Shown: piece after piece, positions 57,177-64,000 of the stretch | How the letters are laid out: the number at the start of each line of letters is the position of its first letter | Numbering within the stretch: the first letter of the stretch is position 1 | Assembly: GCA_963674705.1 (NCBI GenBank) | Contig: OY771506.1 | Location: 3,520,001-3,584,000, forward strand | Length of the DNA stretch: 64,000 bases | Direction of reading: 5' to 3' | DNA from: Phycisphaeraceae bacterium | GTDB taxonomy: Bacteria > Planctomycetota > Phycisphaerae > Phycisphaerales > Phycisphaeraceae | Position numbers and translations under genes: made by a program | The notes under the pieces: generated by a model | What the model was told of the DNA's origin: nothing | What the model saw: the letters and a program-made list of their open reading frames with translations, nothing else | The model's database searches: none

Positions 57177-57719
57177 ATGACGGATCACAACTCGGTCGTA
57201 GGTATTTTCGAATCGCACAAAGCCGCCGAAGACGCAGTTAAGGAATTACAGCGCAGCGGAATGAACATCAAGAAACTGTCACTCGTCGGAAAGGACTACC
57301 ACACCGATCAGCACGTGGTCGGGTACTACAACACGGGCGACCGTGTGATGTACTGGGGCAAGCAGGGCGCCTTCTGGGGCGGCATCTGGGGGCTGCTGTT
57401 CGGGTCGGCGTTCTTTTTTATCCCCGGGATCGGGCCGTTGGTAATTGCCGGCCCGCTGGTCAGCATGATCGTGGGTGCGATGGAGGGCGCCGCGGTTGTT
57501 GGTGGTCTTAGCGCTGTGGGTGCGGGGCTGTACAGCATGGGCGTCCCCAAGGACAGCATCATCAAGTACGAGACCGCCATCAAAGGCGGCAAGTTTGTCC
57601 TGGTCTACCACGGCACGCATGAAGAAGTCGAGAAGACACATGTGATCCTCGATCGTGCCGAAGCCGTGGAAACATCGTTGCACTTGTATGAGCCGGAGAC
57701 AAGCGCGTTGACACAATGA
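57177..57719 (+). CDS. general stress membrane protein (DUF1269/YflT-like)
   Basis: AEDAVKELQRSG, WGKQGAFWGGIWG, IPGIGP, glycine zipper. Confidence 0.85.
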   Translation: MTDHNSVVGIFESHKAAEDAVKELQRSGMNIKKLSLVGKDYHTDQHVVGYYNTGDRVMYWGKQGAFWGGIWGLLFGSAFFFIPGIGPLVIAGPLVSMIVGAMEGAAVVGGLSAVGAGLYSMGVPKDSIIKYETAIKGGKFVLVYHGTHEEVEKTHVILDRAEAVETSLHLYEPETSALTQ

Positions 57720-57815
57720 CCGCATAGGGTGCATCACTGTCACCCGTCCAGGATCAGGACTTGAACGTGTAGAAACTGGTATGAACGGATTCACCCAATG
57801 TAAGGAGGCAGCATC

Positions 57816-58112
57816 ATGTTGGTGTTATCCCGAAGAAGCCATGAATCGGTGATGGTCGAAAACCCTGACGGTTCGGGTTCCACACTCAAAGTCACAGTAT
57901 TAAGGTCCAGGGATGGCGAGGTCACACTGGGCTTTGAAAGCCCGGTCCGACTCGCCATTATCCGAAAGGAGGACTGGAACCGGATCCGTAACAATGTCCT
58001 GGAAAACTATCCATCCAATTTCCCTCGTCGCAAGAAATTACGGACAACGGTCCGCCGCGACGTTCAAAGCGACCGCCTCTTGTACAAATCATATACATCG
58101 AAAGGAAACTGA
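57816..58112 (+). CDS. csrA: carbon storage regulator CsrA homolog with C-terminal extension
   Basis: MLVLSRR..ES, VTVL, VTLGFESP, IIRKE; AAGGAGG RBS. Confidence 0.85.
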   Translation: MLVLSRRSHESVMVENPDGSGSTLKVTVLRSRDGEVTLGFESPVRLAIIRKEDWNRIRNNVLENYPSNFPRRKKLRTTVRRDVQSDRLLYKSYTSKGN

Positions 58113-58114
58113 TC

Positions 58115-58267
58115 ATGTTATGGACTATTGCAGTCATTACCGTCATGTTATGGTTACTTGGATTACTCACCTCTCACACGTTCGGCGGTGTTCTTCACAT
58201 CCTGCTTGTGATCGCATTGGTCACGGTGGTTATTCAAGTAATCCAGAATCGAAGAATATCGGCGTAG
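58115..58267 (+). CDS. lmo0937-family small membrane protein (missed by the ORF track)
   Basis: MLWTIAVITVMLWLLGLLTSHTFGGVLHILLVIALVTVVIQVIQNRRISA; AAGGA RBS. Confidence 0.88.
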   Translation: MLWTIAVITVMLWLLGLLTSHTFGGVLHILLVIALVTVVIQVIQNRRISA

Positions 58268-58300
58268 AACGGTTATACACATATTTAATGGGCATGTGAT

Positions 58301-58507
58301 ATGAAGACAAACAAGAAACAATCAGAGACATCCATGCGTTCAGCCTCGCGTCAGGAGTATCACTTCCCGCAAGCCGGAGTCCTCAAGCCATCTCACGACG
58401 ATATCAGCCGTCGCGCATATGAGATCTATATAAGAAGTGGCTTCATTCAGGGCCGGTGTCAGCATAACTGGCATCAAGCGGAGTGCGAACTGCAAAGGAA
58501 CAAATAG
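58301..58507 (+). CDS. DUF2934 domain protein
   Basis: DDISRRAYEIY...G...NWHQAECEL. Confidence 0.85.
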   Translation: MKTNKKQSETSMRSASRQEYHFPQAGVLKPSHDDISRRAYEIYIRSGFIQGRCQHNWHQAECELQRNK

Positions 58508-58658
58508 AAGGAGCAAAAACCGGCGATAAGTCAGCCTATGGCACCCGAGGCAAATGTCGGTCTACAACCAGGCGGAAACGGTCGCCGGCCTTATGGGGAG
58601 AAGAGGCCGGTGCCTCCCGCCTGGTGAATACTTGAAGTGTATAGAAAGGAAACCCCTT

Positions 58659-58823
58659 ATGGGACTGATTCTGCTCATCATCGTGATTCTATTGCTTGTT
58701 GGGGCTCTGCCCAGGTGGGGGCACAGCCGGAATTGGGGGTACTACCCCAGTGGTAGCTTAGGACTGGTTCTTATGATCCTGGTTGTGCTGTTACTGATGG
58801 GGTATCTGCCCAGGGGTTTTTGA
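58659..58823 (+). CDS. DUF3309-family small membrane protein
   Basis: LLVGALPRWGHSRNWGYYPSGSLG; AAGGA RBS. Confidence 0.9.
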   Translation: MGLILLIIVILLLVGALPRWGHSRNWGYYPSGSLGLVLMILVVLLLMGYLPRGF

Positions 58824-58877
58824 ACGACCAACCCCGTATCAGATCCGATTCTCAACATGCCCTAATAAAGGTGACCT

Positions 58878-59114
58878 ATGAAAACCATATTGATTCTGTT
58901 TGTTCTAATCATTGTAGTCGGTGTGGGCTTGGGCTATTACCGGGGCTGGTTCAATGTATCTTCAGACAACACTGAGGGCACTCACAACGTTACCGTGTCG
59001 GTGGACGCCGGCAAGATCAAGGCCGACAAGGACGAAGCGGTAGACAAGGTACAAGACCTGGGACGCAAATCGGAGGACAAGGCCGAACCAACGCCCAAGA
59101 CGGGGCAGGAATAA
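58878..59114 (+). CDS. small membrane-anchored hypothetical protein
   Basis: TM helix then YYRGWF...VSVDAGKIKADK. Confidence 0.75.
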   Translation: MKTILILFVLIIVVGVGLGYYRGWFNVSSDNTEGTHNVTVSVDAGKIKADKDEAVDKVQDLGRKSEDKAEPTPKTGQE

Positions 59115-59275
59115 ACCGCTCCAGTACAGAAGTACCACAGGCAAGATTGGATCAACGGATCCACGGCCACCCCAAATAAAAACTCTGCACTAACGTAGAT
59201 CGCAGGATACTGAATGAAACCGGTGAGTCTGGCTGACCAGGCCCCCTGTCAAACAAGCGAAGAAGTAAGCAAACT

Positions 59276-59992
59276 ATGAAATCAACTCTCACCATCATGG
59301 CGACGGGTACCATCCTTGTTGCCGCTGGATACACCTCGGCCATGTCCCTGTCTGGCGACGTAAATATGGTTCACTCGCCCGTCTCCGTACAGGATGGCGA
59401 CCGGACCAACAACCATAAGGCACTGCTCTTCACTGAGCAGAACAATACCGCCCTTGGCGGTAACCTTAAAGTCGAGGCTTACCTCCCAGGCAAATATGAT
59501 GGCTTGGCTGCCACGGCAGGCCGTACACTCGCCGCGGGACGCACGGTCAGCAGCTACATGCTCCATGCCGATGTCGATTCTGATGGCGTTACGCCTGTAA
59601 TGATGACAGGCAGCATCAGCTTCAACGAGAAGATCCTGGGTGTGATCTTTGGGAACTTCGATGCCAGCGACGCCCTCTTGGGAGCCCCAGGCACCTCATA
59701 CGAGTCAACCAGCGGTCACGGGCTGGACTTCAACGATCCCAATGGTGATATGTTCCGCATCAGCAAGAACCGCATGCGGTTTGACTTCAGCTTCACTGTC
59801 AGCGGCATCACCGACCAGATCCGTATCATCACCGCAGGCAATACCACCCCGTCGGATTCGAGCGGGAACCCGATCCCTGAGCCGGTTACAACGACGCTGT
59901 TGGCCATGGGTCTTGGTGGCTTGACACTGCGCCGCCGGCACATCGAAGGATCGACAAAACGTTTGAACGTGACTCGTACAGCGCCTACATAA
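59276..59992 (+). CDS. PEP-CTERM sorting domain protein
   Basis: signal peptide; IPEPVTTTLLAMGLGGLTLRRR. Confidence 0.88.
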   Translation: MKSTLTIMATGTILVAAGYTSAMSLSGDVNMVHSPVSVQDGDRTNNHKALLFTEQNNTALGGNLKVEAYLPGKYDGLAATAGRTLAAGRTVSSYMLHADVDSDGVTPVMMTGSISFNEKILGVIFGNFDASDALLGAPGTSYESTSGHGLDFNDPNGDMFRISKNRMRFDFSFTVSGITDQIRIITAGNTTPSDSSGNPIPEPVTTTLLAMGLGGLTLRRRHIEGSTKRLNVTRTAPT

Positions 59993-60024
59993 AAAAAGGG
60001 ACAGCCAACTCAAAGGAGGACGGC

Positions 60025-60267
60025 ATGTACAAAATGAAACATTTATCCCCTGGGTCAAGAACTCACGGACGGCAGCCACACACTTCGGGAGTGATGTCCT
60101 ACCGCCAGATCGCTGAGGTCCTCGAAGAGCTCGAAGGCGAACCGATCAGCGCGGACCGCGTGGCACATATCTGCAGGGAAGCCGAATGGAAAATCGTGGA
60201 TGCGGTAGAAGCAGACCCTATGCTCGGCAAAAGATTCAGGTCGGTACTAGATGTGAACACCAATTGA
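60025..60267 (+). CDS. stand-alone sigma-70 region-4-like HTH protein
   Basis: MSYRQIAEVL...ISADRVAHICREAEWKI; AAGGAGG RBS. Confidence 0.65.
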   Translation: MYKMKHLSPGSRTHGRQPHTSGVMSYRQIAEVLEELEGEPISADRVAHICREAEWKIVDAVEADPMLGKRFRSVLDVNTN

Positions 60268-60357
60268 GGTGTTCGCGGCATCTGAGTATGTATATCTCAA
60301 ATGTAAAGTAGTTTGCTGTCAATGTTCATGTCCGTCGCACAACGTTTGGAATTTACC

Positions 60358-60576
60358 ATGAGTATTCAAAAAATAAGTGGGTTCGTCCTTTTTATAATTG
60401 GTGTAATCCTGTTGATCAACGGGATGGACACGTCAGGCTCTGTGACTGATCGGCTGAGCAACATATTTACCGGGCACTTCACTGAAGCCACGACGTGGTA
60501 CATCATTTCTGGTATCGCTTCTGTGGTCGGGGGCCTGATGCTGTTTTTGCTCGGTAGCCGCAAGGCCCTGGTGTGA
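60358..60576 (+). CDS. DUF3185-family membrane protein
   Basis: two TM helices flanking SVTDRLSNIFTGHFTEATTWYI. Confidence 0.85.
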   Translation: MSIQKISGFVLFIIGVILLINGMDTSGSVTDRLSNIFTGHFTEATTWYIISGIASVVGGLMLFLLGSRKALV

Positions 60577-60715
60577 GTTTCAAGTCGATCCGTCGCGATC
60601 GGTCGGACGGTGCGGATTGGTCGCCGGAAACGTATCCGGCGGCATGGATTCAAGACAAAAATCGCTACCCGGACCTTGTCCGTGTGGCGTCAGAATGACT
60701 TTGAAAGGTCATGCT

Positions 60716-61264
60716 ATGAAAAAGTATCATATGTCATTAATGTTAGCTGGCATGATCGTTTTGCTGGCACTAAGTGCCTGTTCCACAGCGCCCAGTTCGG
60801 TGGCAGGCAAAGCCGACATCGAATCAGATGCAGCGGTGGCGCTGGCCAAGGCTAAGAAAGCCGATACCACTCTGATCAAGGTATTCGATTCGGCCGCAGG
60901 TTACGCGGTGTTCCCATCGGTCGGAAAAGGGGCCATTGGGGTTGGAGGAGCGTACGGTAAGGGCGTGCTCTACGAGCGAGGCGTCGCCGTGGGCTACTGC
61001 GACCTCAGCCAGGCATCGATCGGCTTGCAACTCGGTGGGCAAGCGTACACGGAGATCATCGCGTTTGAAACCAAAGCGGCCGTTAAGACCTTCAAAGAGG
61101 GCAAGTTCCGCTTCGACGCCCAAGCCTCGGCCGTGGCATTGAAGTCAGGCGCTGGGGCGAATGCCAAGTATACAAACGGTGTGGCTGTCTTCACGATGGA
61201 CGAGGCGGGCCTGATGTATGAGGCCTCCATCGGCGGACAGAAGTTCAGCTACCAGGCCAAGTAA
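60716..61264 (+). CDS. YSC84/SYLF lipid-binding domain lipoprotein
   Basis: lipobox LSAC; YAVFPSVGKG, GGAYGKG, GLQLGGQ, GLMYEASIGGQKF. Confidence 0.88.
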   Translation: MKKYHMSLMLAGMIVLLALSACSTAPSSVAGKADIESDAAVALAKAKKADTTLIKVFDSAAGYAVFPSVGKGAIGVGGAYGKGVLYERGVAVGYCDLSQASIGLQLGGQAYTEIIAFETKAAVKTFKEGKFRFDAQASAVALKSGAGANAKYTNGVAVFTMDEAGLMYEASIGGQKFSYQAK

Positions 61265-61333
61265 CCAGCCACTTCGACCGTCCGGAACCGTTCCCGGGCG
61301 GCGATGTTCTGAGCTGTCAAAAAGGAGACGACC

Positions 61334-61471
61334 ATGAATATGCACAAGATTATGATCGCGGTAACACTGCTTGCGGTACTGACAGTCACGTTGTCGTTGA
61401 CCGCATGCAACACATGGAAGGGAGCCGGTAAGGACGTTGAGAGGACGGGCGAAGTCATGCAGGGCGAATGA
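61334..61471 (+). CDS. entericidin A/B family lipoprotein (missed by the ORF track)
   Basis: MNMHKIMIAVTLLAVLTVTLSLTACNTWKGAGKDVERTGEVMQGE; AAGGAG RBS. Confidence 0.9.
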   Translation: MNMHKIMIAVTLLAVLTVTLSLTACNTWKGAGKDVERTGEVMQGE

Positions 61472-61544
61472 TCATCCGCAGTAAATCGCGGATTCATTGC
61501 AGCTTATAAGCATGTACAACCAGCACGTCATTGCTGCTGTAACC

Positions 61545-61572
61545 TTGACTTGTACGCATTGACCGCTATTAT
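61545..61572 (+). promoter_or_regulatory. sigma70-like promoter of RNA motif copy 2
   Basis: TTGACT-16 bp-TATTAT placing +1 at about 61579. Confidence 0.65.
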
Positions 61573-61578
61573 TGACCG

Positions 61579-61722
61579 AGTCAAGGAGTCAATATTTTAC
61601 ACGTATACGACTCCAACTTCGGATGACTAGCTAAGGGGCAGGTCGCAAACGGCGACAGGCCCGTTGAAGAGTAAGCCGATGTGGTTCAGCACTAAAGGTG
61701 CCGTGCCACGTCGGCTTTTTTT
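61579..61722 (+). ncRNA. structured leader / ncRNA motif, copy 2
   Basis: conserved with 51607-51748, with compensatory changes; terminator followed by T7. Confidence 0.8.
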
Positions 61723-61743
61723 GTTTCGCTGATTTAGTCAGCA

Positions 61744-61926
61744 ATGACTGGCTCTAGAACAATGACAAGAGGATTGGCAACCCGACAAATCCGAAACCTG
61801 CCGGTAATCGATACCGCAGGTGCCGTGATCGGTATGATCTCGCTTGGGGACCTGGATGCCCACGACCTCGGCGGCCAGCTGTTGGAGAATCACTATCTGA
61901 AGAAGTATCTCTACGCCCGCAATTAA
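61744..61926 (+). pseudogene. single-CBS-domain fragment (likely 5'-truncated CBS pair protein)
   Basis: QIRNLPVIDTAGAVIGMISLGDL is one CBS repeat; no partner repeat and no clear RBS. Confidence 0.6.
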
Positions 61927-61989
61927 TCTTGTACTCAATCAGTTGAGACAAAGCCGCCTATAACACCTTCACACTTATGGATTATATCA

Positions 61990-62637
61990 ATGAACAAAGA
62001 TAATCATCCCAAATCAACTAACACCGTTACTCAGATCAACACGAATGCGTCTTCGCAGAAAGCTCTGGACGGTTGGGCGACCGACGGTGGAACAATGAAA
62101 CGGATTAAGACAGCCGGTCGACCTTCTGGTACGACGCACACGATCAATCCCGCTGTTCTTAAATCACTAAACAAGCAGATCCAGCACGAGCAGTGCAACG
62201 CACACACCTATCAGGCCGTGTCTTTGTACTTCGGGAGCATCAATCTTCATGGGATTGCGGCATTTATGGAGCATCAGGCCGAAGAGGAAAGGCAACATGC
62301 GTGGAAGCTCATCCGGCATGCAGTTGACCGAAAGGCGCAGGTGGAGCTCGGGTCTATACCAGCTCCTGATGTGGACTACGCTTCACCCTTGGAAGCGGCT
62401 GTATCAGTTGCGGAACTTGAGCGAACCACGTCACAGATGATCAATCAACTATGTCAACTGGCCCGTGACGAGGGCGACTATGCCTTGGAGGTCCTGCTTC
62501 ATTGGTATATCACAGAGCAGGTTGAAGAGGAGAAGTGGTCACAGGAGTTGGTGGAACTTATTGAGAGACTTCAGGACAGGCCCGGTTCGCTATACATGTT
62601 AGACGACGTATGGGGCAAACGCCTCATAGAAAAATAA
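61990..62637 (+). CDS. ftnA: non-heme ferritin
   Basis: LNKQIQHE, QAEEERQHA, WYITEQVEEE ferroxidase ligands. Confidence 0.88.
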   Translation: MNKDNHPKSTNTVTQINTNASSQKALDGWATDGGTMKRIKTAGRPSGTTHTINPAVLKSLNKQIQHEQCNAHTYQAVSLYFGSINLHGIAAFMEHQAEEERQHAWKLIRHAVDRKAQVELGSIPAPDVDYASPLEAAVSVAELERTTSQMINQLCQLARDEGDYALEVLLHWYITEQVEEEKWSQELVELIERLQDRPGSLYMLDDVWGKRLIEK

Positions 62638-62692
62638 CACCCATACACGGTAATAACATGCACCTGGTTGGAGACCCGCCCGAGAACCAACA

Positions 62693-63316
62693 ATGATAAA
62701 GCGCCTAATATCTATATTCCTTCAGGGATTGATCGCCATCATGCCGCTGGCGGTCACTGTATTTATCATTCTGTGGATGGTATCAGCGGCGGAGCGGACC
62801 TTCAGCGTCGCCGTCAATTGGATTCTGCCTGATAGATGGTATACGCCCGGTATGGGTGTGGCTTGTGGTGTCGCCTTGGTTTTCGGGATCGGCCTGCTGG
62901 TCAATATCTGGGGCGTGCCGCGTCTAATCCACTTGGCCGAATCGTTCATTGCCCAGATACCGCTCGTAAAGACGATCTACGGGGCCGTGCGTGATCTGCT
63001 CGGATTCTTCAGTAAATCAGGCGGACTCGGTGACGGCAAGGTCGTTATGGTCTCGATCGGGAGCACGGATATGCGGGCTATCGGATTGCTGACACGAGAC
63101 GGTTTGGATGACCCACAGTTGGGCCTCCGTGGCAAAGGATATGTTGCCGTGTATCTCCCCATGAGCTACCAGATAGGCGGCTTCACCGTATTCGTGCCAC
63201 GCGAGCGTGTAGAGCTCTTGGACATGCGGATCGAGGATGCCTTGCGCTTTATTGTAACCGCGGGCGCAAAGAGTCCGACGTCGACCATGTCATCGAATAG
63301 CGCACCTGATGAGTGA
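62693..63316 (+). CDS. DUF502 membrane protein
   Basis: IPLVKTIYGAVRD, VYLPMSYQIGG, ALRFIVTAG. Confidence 0.9.
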   Translation: MIKRLISIFLQGLIAIMPLAVTVFIILWMVSAAERTFSVAVNWILPDRWYTPGMGVACGVALVFGIGLLVNIWGVPRLIHLAESFIAQIPLVKTIYGAVRDLLGFFSKSGGLGDGKVVMVSIGSTDMRAIGLLTRDGLDDPQLGLRGKGYVAVYLPMSYQIGGFTVFVPRERVELLDMRIEDALRFIVTAGAKSPTSTMSSNSAPDE

Positions 63317-63734
63317 GGAAAGCAAAATGTCTTCCACATCACCGACAAGTTCGACTGCCGTCGTGGATATTCCGGATAAGTACGGTATCACACGACTCAA
63401 CAGAGCCACCTGGAGCAGGGATCCACGTGCAATAAAGTTCCTGCTGGCTAAGGGGGCCAATATCAATGGCCTGGGCTACCACGGGCACACCTTGCTCCAG
63501 AGCGCAGCTATCAGCGATGACTTGCCTTGGGCCCGATTGCTTCTGGATTACGGTGCAGATCCAGATGTTTTAGATCCGGGCAACGGACTGTCTGCATTGA
63601 ATTATGCAATACAAGCCGGACACAAGGAGATTGTTGAACTACTGCTTGCCCATGGCGCTAAACGAGGGCGATCGGTGCCGCACGATCAACCATTGCCAGC
63701 AGTTGATTCCCAGACACAAAGATTATCTGAATGA
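63309..63734 (+). CDS. ankyrin repeat protein
   Basis: LLAKGANIN, LLDYGADPD, GHKEIVELLLAHGA. Confidence 0.88.
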   Translation: MSEESKMSSTSPTSSTAVVDIPDKYGITRLNRATWSRDPRAIKFLLAKGANINGLGYHGHTLLQSAAISDDLPWARLLLDYGADPDVLDPGNGLSALNYAIQAGHKEIVELLLAHGAKRGRSVPHDQPLPAVDSQTQRLSE

Positions 63735-63991
63735 GCAGTCACAATCATGACTTCCAAACCCGAGCGAGAGAGATGCCTTCGTTGGTTCACTATCTTGCTG
63801 AACATCAACAGAGCATTACCGGGCCCAGGACCTTGGCCCGGACGTTTACCGATTATCGGCGACTTCTGATATCCGGAGCGGTCAAATTGGTCAGATATGA
63901 ACATGAGCAAATCCTAAGTATGAACCCAGACAAAGTGAACTGGATCGACGCCTATGAATGGTGGAAGAGTAGTTCTGAAACAATGTCTTGA
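63731..63991 (+). CDS. hypothetical protein
   Basis: 86-aa ORF overlapping the ankyrin gene stop (ATGA coupling). Confidence 0.5.
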   Translation: MSSHNHDFQTRAREMPSLVHYLAEHQQSITGPRTLARTFTDYRRLLISGAVKLVRYEHEQILSMNPDKVNWIDAYEWWKSSSETMS

Positions 63992-64000
63992 CGACATACG

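Larger units (their letters stand above)
39837..64000. mobile_element. putative genomic island integrated at tRNA-Leu(GAG); right boundary not in window
   Basis: integrase directly after the tRNA, Rep-like gene with iterons, compositional shift, accessory cargo; no attR copy seen, so the right extent is inferred. Confidence 0.65.

Noticed and set aside
61334..61471. Entericidin as a toxin-antitoxin addiction module of the island
   Set aside because: Only one EcnA/B-type gene is present; lone copies are common stress lipoproteins

Overview
GC-rich bacterial chromosome segment, most consistent with a planctomycete of class Phycisphaerae. This is inferred from gene content: PEP-CTERM proteins, a HEAT-repeat protein, a stand-alone GlmU N-terminal domain and the style of rnpB. 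Positions 1-39.9 kb are core genome: pth-rplY-prs-glmU-like-tRNA-Gln, rnpB, GH16/LacI, an Hfs-like Fe-S/PAS/PP2C trio, glgP, thiL-tsaE-yacG, fur, hom, gdhA, nadD, a lone nuoC, aroF, ubiA/ubiX and lysC. From tRNA-Leu(GAG) at 39.75 kb onward is an apparent integrated island running past the window end. It carries a divergent tyrosine integrase, an HTH Rep-like gene with iteron-like repeats and two paralogous wHTH genes. Its cargo is glycoside and lipid modification genes and a long co-directional general-stress cluster. Best finds: (1) a twice-occurring ~140-nt structured RNA leader in the island (promoter, covarying 5' hairpin, conserved Met-Thr-X-stop micro-ORF, AG/AG internal-loop hairpin, intrinsic terminator) heading the stress operons; (2) an unannotated, apparently leaderless Phe/Tyr/Trp leader-peptide attenuator upstream of aroF; (3) a ~510-nt RNase P RNA with a heptamer-repeat P12 expansion; (4) a candidate 6S-like RNA upstream of tRNA-Gln; (5) a hydrogenase-less HfsA/PAS/HfsC sensor module. 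All family assignments come from motif recognition by eye; no database searches were run.
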